A stretch of 42,212 nucleotides of DNA from Octopus bimaculoides (GCF_001194135.2 NC_068987.1:77945827-77988038), one strand, 5' to 3'; numbered from the stretch's first letter, positions 24,297-36,268 are shown. Program-made: numbers and translations. The notes: generated by a model from the sequence alone, not told the origin.

Positions 24297-25355
24297 NNNN
24301 NNNNNNNNNNNNNNNNNNNNNNNNNNNNNNNNNNNNNNNNNNNNNNNNNNNNNNNNNNNNNNNNNNNNNNNNNNNNNNNNNNNNNNNNNNNNNNNNATAT
24401 ATATATATAATTTTTGCTTCCATTAATGATGCTGTTACTATTGTTGTTTATGTTGCTGTCACACATGTTTACGTTAGTGTTACTCTTGTTTAAAATCGAA
24501 CACTGCTTAGATGCAGGAAACAGCATATTTGCCTTTCGTTGTACAAAGAAGCTCTTCTCGTATACTAAAAAGTGTTGGATTTCTATTTCAGCAAATAATA
24601 TAAAACTACGTCACTGACAATGGAAACGACTCTTAAGTGATAGCATCGACATTTTTACCTTATATGGATTCTTTGGGTTGCTATTGGCTTGAGGTCTTGT
24701 TGGAGAAACAGCAGCGATGCTATAGAAACTCTTTAGCTGCTCGCTAGGCTGGCAAATCGTTTATTGAATTGCAAATATTATTTCCAGTGGCTATAGTTTC
24801 TTCAAAATATGCGATTAGGTCAGCTTGACTTAGAAATAAAGGTATAGTTTTATAGTGATTTTCCTCTTTTATAGATTTACATAGCGATAAAAAAAAAATC
24901 AGAGAGAAGAAAAAATATTCGAATGAGTTTTACGGATTAGGAAAAAGATACAAGTTTATGTATGAAGCTTTAGGATTTAGCTTTGAAGAAAAATGTTCGT
25001 ATTAGTGTGCACCCACGTTAAAGTTTAATAGCAATTTAAATTTATGATTTTCCTTAAACATAATAACAATACCAGGGATTAACAGAAAGGAGTATTTGTT
25101 GTAATATCATTTACACTGTACCATGAATTTCGCATGTTGTCGTTTCATGATGGCGTTGCAAATATCAACATTATAAAGAGAAAGAAATAAAATCTAGTAA
25201 TTATATGTAAATAATTGTCTCTAACATAGGAACAAGATCTGGAATTTGTGTGAGAAATCGATCATATCAATTCCAGAACTTGACTGTTACTTGGTTTTAC
25301 CGGCCTTGGAGGAATGAAAAGCGAACTAACATCAAGAATGAAAAGCGAACTAATA

Positions 25356-25430
25356 GCAGGTATGGCTGCGTGGTTATGAAACACGCATTCAACCACACGG
25401 TTTCGGGTTCAGTTTTACTAAGCAACACCT
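25356..25430 (+). mobile_element. family-B SINE head (left half of a split copy)
   Basis: ggctgcgtggtt...ccacacggtttcgggttcag...acacct matches the family-B head up to gcacct. Confidence 0.75.
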
Positions 25431-25575
25431 ATTGAGTATCTTCCATGAAACTTAACGCCTAAGCACCGAGTCTTATAATTCGCGGAAAGAGACCCTGTGG
25501 GACCTTTGGCAACAGGATGCTGTTAACTCTCGCAGAATTAACCAGAGCAAGTAAGACCGAGAGTTCTGAGAAGTA
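25431..25575 (+). mobile_element. 3' UTR-only fragment of an R4/Dong-type LINE
   Basis: 25430-25521 matches 29831-29922 (92 bp, 7 mismatches) and ends in (TAA)n. Confidence 0.85.
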
Positions 25576-25586
25576 AAATAATAATG

Positions 25587-25623
<37 letters not shown>

Positions 25624-25661
25624 TAATAATAATAACAATAATAATAATAAGAAGAAGAATA
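25575..25661. repeat. (TAA)n microsatellite
   Basis: Direct reading. Confidence 0.97.
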
Positions 25662-26972
25662 ATGCACCACCCTAAGGCAGATATAGAACGTCTTTATCTG
25701 CCAAGAAAAGTGGGCGGCCGAGGACTTCTACAGCTGGCATTAACAATGAAGGTAGCCACAATTGGCCTAGACACCTATCTGAAAAACTCTGAGGAAGGGA
25801 TGCTAAAACTTGTCTCAAAACATGAAAGCAAGAAAGCATCTTACTCAGTAACAAAACAGGCAAAGGATTATCTAACTGAATTCCAATTGCAACAANNNNN
25901 NNNNNNNNNNNNNNNNNNNNNNNNNNNNNNNNNNNNNNNNNNNNNNNNNNNNNNNNNNNNNNNNNNNNNNNNNNNNNNNNNNNNNNNNNNNNNNNNNNNN
26001 NNNNNNNNNNNNNNNNNNNNNNNNNNNNNNNNNNNNNNNNNNNNNNNNNNNNNNNNNNNNNNNNNNNNNNNNNNNNNNNNNNNNNNNNNNNNNNNNNNNN
26101 NNNNNNNNNNNNNNNNNNNNNNNNNNNNNNNNNNNNNNNNNNNNNNNNNNNNNNNNNNNNNNNNNNNNNNNNNNNNNNNNNNNNNNNNNNNNNNNNNNNN
26201 NNNNNNNNNNNNNNNNNNNNNNNNNNNNNNNNNNNNNNNNNNNNNNNNNNNNNNNNNNNNNNNNNNNNNNNNNNNNNNNNNNNNNNNNNNNNNNNNNNNN
26301 NNNNNNNNNNNNNNNNNNNNNNNNNNNNNNNNNNNNNNNNNNNNNNNNNNNNNNNNNNNNNNNNNNNNNNNNNNNNNNNNNNNNNNNNNNNNNNNNNNNN
26401 NNNNNNNNNNNNNNNNNNNNNNNNNNNNNNNNNNNNNNNNNNNNNNNNNNNNNNNNNNNNNNNNNNNNNNNNNNNNNNNNNNNNNNNNNNNNNNNNNNNN
26501 NNNNNNNNNNNNNNNNNNNNNNNNNNNNNNNNNNNNNNNNNNNNNNNNNNNNNNNNNNNNNNNNNNNNNNNNNNNNNNNNNNNNNNNNNNNNNNNNNNNN
26601 NNNNNNNNNNNNNNNNNNNNNNNNNNNNNNNNNNNNNNNNNNNNNNNNNNNNNNNNNNNNNNNNNNNNNNNNNNNNNNNNNNNNNNNNNNNNNNNNNNNN
26701 NNNNNNNNNNNNNNNNNNNNNNNNNNNNNNNNNNNNNNNNNNNNNNNNNNNNNNNNNNNNNNNNNNATACTGTCTATGTGATCTCAAATTTTAAAACAAA
26801 CACATAATTTTCTTATGGTTTCTTAAACATTCACTAGAACAAAACTGTACAAATCCAAATATATGGTACTCTAGGCATAACACCTACATGAACTTCTAAC
26901 TTGTTGTCTCTTGAGGTCTCTGGGTGAGACTTGGATCCAACTTGTACAAATGCAAAACAAAAGTCAAACATA
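25662..26972 (+). mobile_element. 5'-truncated R4/Dong-type RLE LINE, centre in gap 25896-26766
   Basis: MHHPKADIERLYLPRKVGGRGLLQL (post-RT motif of R2/R4-group elements). ORF end ILSM* just after the gap, then a UTR. (TAA)n on both sides. Confidence 0.8.
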
Positions 26973-26992
26973 AAATAATAATAATAATAATG

Positions 26993-27045
<53 letters not shown>
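26972..27045. repeat. (TAA)n microsatellite
   Basis: Direct reading. Confidence 0.97.
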
Positions 27046-27046
<1 letters not shown>

Positions 27047-27090
27047 TGCCCTGATGCAGTACCAGCCAGTGGCTCTCATGGCTTCTGATC
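27046..27090 (-). mobile_element. probable 3' terminus of a minus-strand retroelement with (ATT)n tail
   Basis: 45-bp GC-rich insert between (TAA)n and the resumed SINE. Orientation and identity are inferred. Confidence 0.4.
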
Positions 27091-27366
27091 TTAAATAAAT
27101 GTCTTCTGTTACAGTCCGAGCTGATCAATGCCTTGCGAGTAAATTTAATTGAAGAAAACTATGTGGAAGCCCGTCGTATATATGTCTATATATGCATGTG
27201 TGTGTCTTCGTGTTTGCATTTGACCGTTCCACTGAATGAGAACCGGTGTTGGTTTGTTTACACTCCCGTAACTTAGAGGTTTGGCAAGAAAAAAAAAACG
27301 TACAGAATAAGTATGAAGCTTCAAAATTAAGTTCTGGTATCGATCTGTTCGATTAAAACCTTTCAA
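27091..27366 (+). mobile_element. family-B SINE, right half of the copy split at 25430
   Basis: gtcttctgttacagtccgagctgatcaatgccttgcgag...gaagcccgtcgtatatatg...gtaacttagaggtttggcaa continues the family model from the base where the head stopped. Confidence 0.8.
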
Positions 27367-27479
27367 GTAAAATATTAAAGATTTAAAGATAGACGATAAG
27401 TTGACGGCCAAACGATTTTGCCAAACTCACATCTTGTTTGTAAGTGAATAAAATGGCTTCTGATTTACACATAAATCCA

Positions 27480-27640
27480 CAATTTTGAGGGAAGAGGATT
27501 AGTGGACACTGTCATCTTTAGTACTTGATTCGTACTTTATTTTATCGATCTCTGAAAAGCAAAGTTGACTCCGGAAGGAATTGAACTCAAAATGTAAAGC
27601 GTCCGGACTAAATACTGTAATATATTTATTCCGACTCACC
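27480..27640 (-). mobile_element. degenerate family-A SINE
   Basis: aattttgaggggaagagg...aaagttgactccggaaggaattgaactcaaaatgtaaag. Confidence 0.65.
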
Positions 27641-28499
27641 ACAAGGTCCAATCCTTGTTGCGGTTTAGTGGATCGTAAGCAGTAGTTACCCTGAGAGTTA
27701 CGCCAGCGGAGCACGTTCTCCTAGCAGAGCCTCCCAATTCAGAGGCTTGAAGCCCATCTAAAATGGATCACCTATCCTTAGAAGTGAAAACACCCATATC
27801 TAGAAAAAGAATGCAAAATTACAGTTCCATCGATGACAATTCAAATCCAACAAGGCACTGGGAGAAGAAGGCCTTACACGGAGCAGCAAATACGAAAGAA
27901 AGCGGCAATGGCAACTTCCACTTCTGATAGTCCAGGATCGAGAACAGTGGAGGCAAGACCACAATGGCCTATACTCTATAGAGATCGTTGGACCCAAGAT
28001 AACGAAGAAGAATTTGCTCCGGCTTCTAATGATTTTGTTAAACACTAGACTTGTTATAAGTTAATAATAAAACTTCTAATTATATGATAATATGCAGCAG
28101 ATGATCAGTTAAGAGAAACAATCAATATATACAGACACATTTTGTACATTAAATTATGAAAGGAATAGTATTTACGAACATTTGTTAAGCTTGGTATGTT
28201 TTATTTGCCTAAGAACTCAGGAAAACTTCTGATATGTGTACATTTGATCATATCGGAAGACCAGTATTCAATGAGATCAGTGCTTCTCAAATAATTCTAT
28301 ATCTCTCAAACATTTCTTTTACTTTTACTCATTCAACCTTTTACTGTAGTTCAACAAAACTGAATACACCTAAATATACTGCTGACGACAGGTGGATCAC
28401 CATTAACAGAGAACAAGCATTCTGTTAATGGTTCATTGTGTCCGATTTTGTTGGAATTTTTTCTACTCTGAGGTACTTTTATAAATTATGTTTCCAAGA

Positions 28500-28712
28500 C
28501 TACAAGGCTAATCCTCCGATGGACACCCTAACGGGGACGCAAGCGTGACAAACCAAAAATCATGGTGAAGATCCAGAGAAACTGAAGTACTTGTAAAGAG
28601 CAATACCTGGGTGCAGTCACAATCCATTAGCAAAGACCGAGACAGATCGAGATCTCTTGTTGGTGCAATGTGCTCCATACACAGTTAAAAGAACAGCAAC
28701 AGCAACAACAAT
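28500..28712 (+). mobile_element. RTE-clade LINE 3' end, decayed
   Basis: ILRWTP*RGRKRDKPK / SW*RS..TWVQSQSISKDRDRSRSLVGAMCS..*, resembling RTE C-termini (LRWTP..RGRP..TW..DR..WR.LV.ALC). Followed by an AAC/AGC/AAT tail. Confidence 0.7.
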
Positions 28713-29955
28713 AGTAATACAAAGAATAAGATTATGGCACTGAATATATGGGATGTTTCCTTGATGCGATACGGCGCAAGTGTTGTTAGGTGGACAAAGT
28801 ACTAGCTTAGGAAATTGATCGAAAAACCAGGAAAATGATGACAATGAATAAGGAATTGCACCCTAAAAGCGATATTGATAGATAGTCTTAATGTGCATAG
28901 AAACAAGGGTGGAAAAGGTCTCATAGAATGCAAGATCTGTGTTGTCAGCGAAGAAAACAGCCTGGGATGGTACGTCAAACAGCAGAGTGAACACTTGCTA
29001 GCTGCAGTTAGAAATAACAGCACAATACTTACCGAAAATGTGACGCACCCAAAGACTTTTAAGAAACAAGGTGAAGAACAGAGTATAAAACAACTGGAAA
29101 ATGAAAAATAATGCGTGGGAAATACCTCAGGGAAATCGAAAGTAAACACAAAACCAACACCAGGAGCTGACTAAGGAAAAGTAATCTGAAAGAATGCACT
29201 GAGGCATTGATATGCAGCGCCCAAGAACTAGCTCTGAGAACTAATTACTCCAAGTTCCAAATACGTAAGAGCAGTGAATCGCCCCTTTGTAGGATGTGTG
29301 GCAGCAAAAACGAATCAACCTCCCATATTGTGGGTGGGTGTAGTAAACTGGGTCAAAAGTACTACAAAAGAAACAACGATAACGTGGCTAAGTTTGTTCA
29401 CTCGAGATTGTGTGAAAAGTACAGCCTTGGAAGAACACAGAAATGGTGCGACGATGAACCAGAAAGCATCACTGAGAACAATGAATATAAGATCTTGTGG
29501 AATATTTTACAATCCAGTGTGACTGCCTAATTGATGCTTGGAGACCAGACATTATTGTAGTAGATAAAAAGGAAAAAAGGTAAGTAAGATCATAGATATT
29601 GCCATAGAAGGGAAAGCACGCGTAGAGGACAAAGAGCTGGAGAAAATAGGAAAATACGAGTTACTAAAAGACGAAATTACAAGAATGTGGCCAATGAAGA
29701 GAGTCACTCAGAGTACAAACAACCAAGTTCAAGAAATATGTCGGAGAAATTGGAATTGACATCAGGGCAGAGACTGCCCCGCAAAACAGCTCTATTGGGG
29801 ACAGCTAGGATTTTGAAATTGGTACCTGGCTATTGAGTATCTTTCATGAAACTTAACACCTAAGCACCTAGTCTTATAATTCGCAGAAAGAGACCATGTA
29901 GGACCTTTGACAACAGGATGCTCCAACAAACCTGCGATAAAGAGAATGTAATAAT
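28713..29955 (+). mobile_element. 5'-truncated R4/Dong-type RLE LINE, decayed
   Basis: NKIMALN.W..MRYGA, LHPKSDIDR, GGKGL, EALICSAQELALRTNY, CRMCGSKNESTSHIVGGC (CCHC), RPDIIVVDK..IIDIAI..E..K..KY (PD-D/E-K endonuclease), TALLGTARIL. Stop at 29834-29836, UTR, TAA tail. Confidence 0.92.
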
Positions 29956-30140
29956 AACTATGTGAAGTGCAGAATAGACAACACTACTGACAGCGACAAA
30001 TGCAGAATGTGTGGTGAGAGGGATGAAACAGTATGGCACACATCGTTAGCGAATGCTCAAAATTGGCACAACGCGAATACAAAATACGCCATGACGATGT
30101 AGTAAGAACGATCCATTGGGCGCTCTGCGAAAAAAGAACC
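29956..30140 (+). mobile_element. second RLE LINE fragment (zinc knuckle) in tandem
   Basis: NYVKCRID..DKCRMCGERDETVW-HIVSECSKLAQREYKIRHDDVVRTIHWALC, starting inside the taataataa tail of the previous element. Confidence 0.85.
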
Positions 30141-31030
30141 AAAAGCCAGTCTCTGCCACTAGGGCATCTCCTCTTTGTCTCGCCTTACAGCCATCAATTC
30201 ACTGCTTAAAATCCATACCTTACGTATATCAAAGACCCACCCCACCGATTTACAAGTCAAATTTGCTCGATGGTCATCTTATTGACTTAGATCATATCTA
30301 CCTTATCAACCAAATTTCAAGCCACCTCAGTCAACCTATGACTCTTCTTCAATTTCCTTTGGGTTGGTCAAAGTCACCTTTAATACCCCTTACGGTGGTA
30401 GCGACTATATTTGTTTCTGCTGTGATGTGAATGTTTGTGCGCATTTATGTACGTGTTTTGCATGTATATCAAGGACACCATTCATGCCGTCCACATCTTC
30501 AACACATCTTCTTTCCTCTTGGGTTCTCTAAACCTCTGTTCACCATGAAAGTAAAATACTTGCATGTTGTTATCTTCCATAACAATGGCCTCCCCTTTCT
30601 GAGCTCACTCTCAGCTTGAATATACATGCATATAGGACTTAATTGTATAAATTTATAAATTATATTACATAGTTTCCACATGCAGTGTTCATTTGACTAT
30701 ACAGACTGTGCATAGTCAAACACAGTCCTTAGAGCATTGTGTTCCTATCCTATACCAATGACACCAAATCCTCTCATTCCTCTTCAACTCGTTTTCTGTC
30801 CGTCTCTGAACTCTCCAAGTTTCTCTTTTCCATAAACGCAAAACTTGTGTACCGTCATCCTCAGGAACGCTAGTTTCTCAGCTTGCAAATTGTCCATTGA
30901 CCTCTGCACCACGCCTAGACCCAGATACACTGATCTGCCCAGGTGAATTCGTATTCAAACTTTATTTAATTTCACATCGCACATCTCCTGCACAACTCAT
31001 GTCCTCCTTCACAATAATTACATTATCTTT
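30141..31030 (-). mobile_element. heavily decayed RTE-like LINE remnant(s)
   Basis: Scattered minus-strand motifs MCDVKL and RLRWL in the expected order, with many stops. Weak. Confidence 0.3.
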
Positions 31031-32522
31031 CACCGGTTCTTTACATTAAACATTTACTACTTTCATTTTATCGTCCCCAGTTTTGCGATGTAAATGATGA
31101 TGACTCTATATTTTCTTTCTAAACAAAGAAATTAAAATGTCCGAAATGTTAGATTCTTTTCTTCTTCAATGCAACTCAAACCATTGATCTTTTCTAGGAA
31201 CCATCATTGGGCGATAGTTTTGTTTTTAACCCCAAATTAGCCCTGATCGAGAAGCCTTATGATCAAAGGCGTTTTACTCGAGACCATACTGTCACATTTT
31301 CAAACATTGTGTACCCAAGGTTACATCCAACGTATCTCATTTTGAAAAAAAATTATAGAGTGATTTTAATAAAATGTTGCTTCTCTTCCTCGTATGTTAA
31401 AAGGATATGATATTGCAATGGAAATAAGATAGCATTATTAAAAGGAAAGAAACGGAAAAATGCATACAACAAGATTGAATCTATTATGACTAGTAAGTAT
31501 GTTTCCATAGTGATAAAGGAATCGAATTTCTATTTATAGTGATACTAATACCAAAATAATAATTCCAGTAAATTAATCAATGCTACCAACATTTAATTTA
31601 AATGTAATTTCAAATATGTGTTGAATTAAATGTTGCCTCGAGTGATGAAGTTGATGGATCATTATAATCATGTGCAGTCTGTCAATATTTGTGTTAAATT
31701 AATGTTGGCTACATTTAATGTTATAAAACAGAGATGAAAATAAAAGCTGCAACCCCCCAAAGCAATCATACCATCAATATTTGAAAGAGAAAACCTTTCA
31801 GATGGGGACTTCATAAGAAATTCTAAGATATAATGATAAATCACTATAGCAATCTAGTTCCAATGCAAGTAGAATATTTCTTGTTGGTTTACATTAACTT
31901 CTGCCAAATTTTTTTTTTACAACTACTTAGAAAGTCCTTATAGTTTTATGAATTAATAATACGTAGGTTGTAATGTTCCTTTTCTTCACAAATATATCGG
32001 GATGCATGTGAAATGAAATGACTATGACAAGGAAACAAAACTACGTCGAGGGTTCGGTTCTCCGTGGGTTTTCTTATCTCTGCCGTCTACTTCGCTCTAA
32101 AGTGCATGCACGGTAGGGTGCTACTGCGTGATCACTAGGTCCTTTATAAATAGCTGTAAAATATCCCTGAATTTACACCCTAACTTATTGAAAAATAATG
32201 ATGTAGCCCTTAAATGCATTGATTAAGTAAAATGCAAGAAAATTACTTCAGTGGCTGCTATCATATACCTCTGTCAGCAAAAATTATAATAGCGCTGGCT
32301 TTCGTGATAATCATGTAAAAACCAAACTGAATGTGATGACAAATATCGCGGTCTTTTAGTTCTATTTCTTCTCTTTCTTCGCCTTCTACATATTTTCCTC
32401 ATACACATCCGTTACAATTTTTATTCTAGATTCTACTTTTTCTTTCTCTTTATCATTGGTTTAACGTAATTAAAGTTCACAATCTTCTTTCTTCTTATCT
32501 TTTGTCTATCACATTTTCTAAG

Positions 32523-32661
32523 ATTTAGCTATAGCCGACATGGTAGTAATTTACAGAAAGACCTTGACGAAAGACAACCAGAACCAATCATTTTGTCTGA
32601 TGAGAAATTTTTTCGAAAAAGACTATATCTTGATGGTAGAGAAAAGGAGGGAATATATTAA
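32523..32661 (+). CDS. weak candidate exon (FSYSRHGSNLQKDLDERQPEPIILSDEKFFRKRLYLDG..)
   Basis: Long pyrimidine tract ending in ctaag, two frames open for about 45 codons, only a weak donor (gtagag at 32636). Confidence 0.2.
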
Positions 32662-33035
32662 GTCTTGAACAGAGAATTAGCGACGAATCTGAAACGTAAT
32701 ATAATTTCTGACATAACACGAAATGAGAAGAGAAACTGGATCGGGAACTGATGCCACCAGAACATTATGATTTTGCCTATTTAAATACCATTTAAAATAC
32801 GTTTCACCAACAACTTTAGGTTTTGCTGCCAATGTAAAAAATCCATAATTTAAGGGTTCATGTTTAAAACTTAGTATTTGAGTTCAGGATATCAGCTGCT
32901 GTATTACGTTATTGCTACTTACGCTCTACATCCAAATTCTACAGTTAGTTTACGTTTCATCATTCTAGAGGCGATTGAAAAAAATAATAGCAACACCGCT
33001 CCCCTCCTCAAAGGCTGTGAATTTCTACATTAACT

Positions 33036-33185
33036 CTTTCTACTGGTAGCACAAAGCCTCAAATTTAGGGAAAGATCTAAGTCGATTACATCGACCCAGT
33101 GGACAACTGGTACCTATTTAATTGACCCCGAAAGAATGAAAGGCAAAGTCGACCTCGGTGGAATTTGAACTCATAACGTAACGTT
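33036..33185 (-). mobile_element. family-A SINE, tail 2, head missing
   Basis: tctttctactggtagcacaaagcc...gaatttgaactcataacgtaacg. Confidence 0.85.
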
Positions 33186-33226
33186 AATAATATATTACTG
33201 TTATAAAGAGTAACAATAATATATTA

Positions 33227-33447
33227 TTTTATTGCCCACAAGGGGCTAAACATAGAGGGGACAAACAAAGTCAGACAAAGGGATTAAGTCGATTACATCG
33301 ACAACCAGTGCGTAACTGGTACATGTAATTGACCCCGAAAGAATGAAAGGAAATGTCAACCTCGGCGGAATTTGAACTCATAAAAGATGAAATAACGCTA
33401 AGCATTTCGTCGAGGGTGCTAATGATTTTACCAGCTCGCCACCTTGA
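33227..33447 (-). mobile_element. family-A SINE with tail 3 (shared with the Tx1-like LINE)
   Basis: Complete head (..ccagctcgccacctt) and body. Minus-strand tail tttgtcccctctatgtttagccccttgtgggcaataaaa. Confidence 0.88.
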
Positions 33448-33687
33448 TTTGCTACAACAATACATTGCATTTATAACGTAATATAATAATTTATTTCATT
33501 TGCAAAATATTGCAAATATGTATTACATTCATAAACTATTACACAAACATATTACCGCTATAAAGAGTAACGACAATATATTACATCAATAAAGAATTTC
33601 AATGGTACATTGTATTGATATTGCATTACGTCCATATATTATAATTATAAAGTATTGCAACACTATATTATACTTATAAAGTATAAA

Positions 33688-33769
33688 GCGGCACCTTGGG
33701 CTAGTGTCGTCAACCATTTGGTCCTCTTGTAAGTGGATTTCGTAGGTGGAAACTGCAAGAAACCCGTCG

Positions 33770-33811
<42 letters not shown>

Positions 33812-34030
33812 TGTGTGTGTGTATGTGTGTGAGTCTTTCTGTTTGTCATCCACCACCGCTTGACAGCCGGTGTTGATTTGTTTACGTCCTCGTAACCAAG
33901 TGGTTCGGCAAAAGCGACCGATGGAAAAAAATTACAAAAATTATAAGTGCCAGAGTCGATTCATACAACTAAAATTGTTCAAGGCGGTGCTCCAGTGCGG
34001 CCACACTTTAATGTTTGGAACAAAAAAATG
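33688..34030 (+). mobile_element. family-B SINE, head missing
   Basis: gcaccttgggc...gaaacccgtcgtatatg(TA)n(GT)n...aaggcggtgctccagtgcggcc. Confidence 0.85.
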
Positions 34031-35219
34031 ATAACAGGTATAGCAAAATATTACATTTATAAATTATTACCGCCAATTTATTATCATATTTATAAAATAT
34101 TACAACATATTACGTTTACAAAGTATTCCAATCTTTTATCACATTCATAAAGCCGATTGCAATAACATATTACAAGTTGATCAACTGTAATATTATACGA
34201 TAGTGGAAATTGCTAAATACAACAACAAGAAGAAAAGCTGCTAAGATATTAAAATGTAAAACATGTGATTTACTTAAAGCGAATTACACGAATTATAGAT
34301 TTAAAACTATAAAAGCAAAAGCTGTGAGTAAGTCTTTGGGAAGATGTGTATTATTAACAAGGAATTTATCTAAGTAAAAATTGAAAAAAATAGTCTTAAT
34401 CGAAAATATAAGCTGCTGCTGTTGCTGCTGTTGCCGCTGACACGGCTGAAAATATATAATTTATGTTGAAGTAGTTTTAGGGATTTAACGAATTATGTTT
34501 TTAAAATCATTAAAATATTTTAGGATTTTTCAATAAAAATCTTTCTCAAGCTCATTGTGATAACTTCGAGGCTAAAATAAAATAAAGTGAAAAATAAATA
34601 TAATAATAAAATAAATATAATAATAAAATAAATATATGAAATTAAGATTTGACGTGGGTGTGTGTAGGTGTGCGCGTGCGCGTGTGTATGTTGTGTGTGT
34701 GTGTGTGTGTGTGTGTATGGGGAGATGTGTTCTGTGGGGGGTGGGGTTTTATTTTCTCAATTAAAAGGGAACGAAAGCGAAAACAAAAAATAATATACAG
34801 AAAATGAAATAAAACACTACTGACATTACAAAACTAACAACTATATAAAGAAAACAAGAAAATATGTATAAAAAAAAATACCGAAGCAAGTATTAAGTGA
34901 CGAGACTGAAGAGGATGAAGAGAACGCAATAACGAATAGAAACGAAGAGATTTGGGCAAAAAGGAAAGAACCAAAAACAAAATCAAAAGCAAAGAGTAAA
35001 GAACCCGTTTGAGAAGGAAATTTCATTCTAAAGAAATACTAAGAAGAATTGCTCAAAATGCGTATAATAAATAACTTTTGCATGGCTGGGTTCTTTTTTT
35101 TGGGATGGTAGTTGAAGAGTTATTTTCCAGTTCTTTTTCTTTTTGTTTTTTTGTATTCTGGATACGAGAAAAGGAGAGTGAGAGAGCGGGGGTGAGTGGG
35201 TAATAAAGACAGACATAGA

Positions 35220-35220
<1 letters not shown>

Positions 35221-35278
<58 letters not shown>

Positions 35279-35330
35279 TGTGTATGTATGTGTGTGTGTG
35301 TGTGAATGTGTGTGAATGTGTGTGTTGGAG
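35221..35330. repeat. (GA)n/(GT)n microsatellite
   Basis: Direct reading. Confidence 0.95.
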
Positions 35331-35472
35331 AGGCAAGGTGTTGTGCTTACAATGACTGATGTTATATGAAGACAGGTATGAAGTGGCGAAACGATGATTC
35401 GAGGCAATTATGACGTAAATTATGACGCTATTATTGTCCTTCTATATTCAGTGGTGGATATTGTTCTTAAGA

Positions 35473-35553
35473 TTGGTGTTGTTGTTGTTGTTGATGTTGC
35501 GGTAATTGCAGTTGTTGCTGTTGACAACGTAAACTTGGGAAAGATTTTGTAGC

Positions 35554-35594
<41 letters not shown>

Positions 35595-35680
35595 AATAAT
35601 ATTAATAATAATAATAGGGATGAAAATGCTGCTGCTGCTAATGATGATGCTGATGATGATGATTTTGACCACAATAATGA
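35473..35680. repeat. mosaic trinucleotide repeats (GTT, TAA, GCT, GAT)
   Basis: Direct reading. Confidence 0.9.
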
Positions 35681-36222
35681 TGAAGATGATTAAATGAAAT
35701 GATATACATGAATAACAAATGTAGCAATACATTACATGGCGGAATGACTATATACATGAGAAATGAATATATACATACGTCTATCCATACATTCAAACTA
35801 AGAATTATACATTCATTCACCTGTCTCTCTTTCTCTCCTTTTCTGTCTGTCTCCCTTACCACTCTCTCTCAGTCTCTTTTTCTCGTATCCCTAAAACAAA
35901 ATGAAAGCGGAAAAGAACAGAATATATATATATATATAAATATATATATATATNNNNNNNNNNNNNNNNNNNNNNNNNNNNNNNNNNNNNNNNNNNNNNN
36001 NNNNNNNNNNNNNNNNNNNNNNNNNNNNNNNNNNNNNNNNNNNNNNNNNNNNNNNNNNNNNNNNNNNNNNNNNNNNNNNNNNNNNNNNNNNNNNNNNNNN
36101 NNNNNNNNNNNNNNNNNNNNNNNNNNNNNNNNNNNNNNNNNNNNNNNNNNNNNNNNATACAGACGTATATTACTGTTCTGTTATTGGTGGGATCAACAAC
36201 AAAAGTACCTTGTACATTAAAC

Positions 36223-36268
<46 letters not shown>

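Noticed and set aside
25312-25353. Short direct repeats (here gaatgaaaagcgaactaa x2; also about 9346, 17146, 34590, 35407) as CRISPR-like arrays
   Set aside because: Only two adjacent units with no spacers; ordinary slippage duplications in a eukaryotic genome.
34870-35012. Protein-like frame KKIPKQVLSDETEEDEENA...
   Set aside because: Bounded by stops, with no start or acceptor; purine-rich low-complexity sequence.
35340-35381. Donor ACAG|gtatga
   Set aside because: All three upstream frames contain stops within a few codons.
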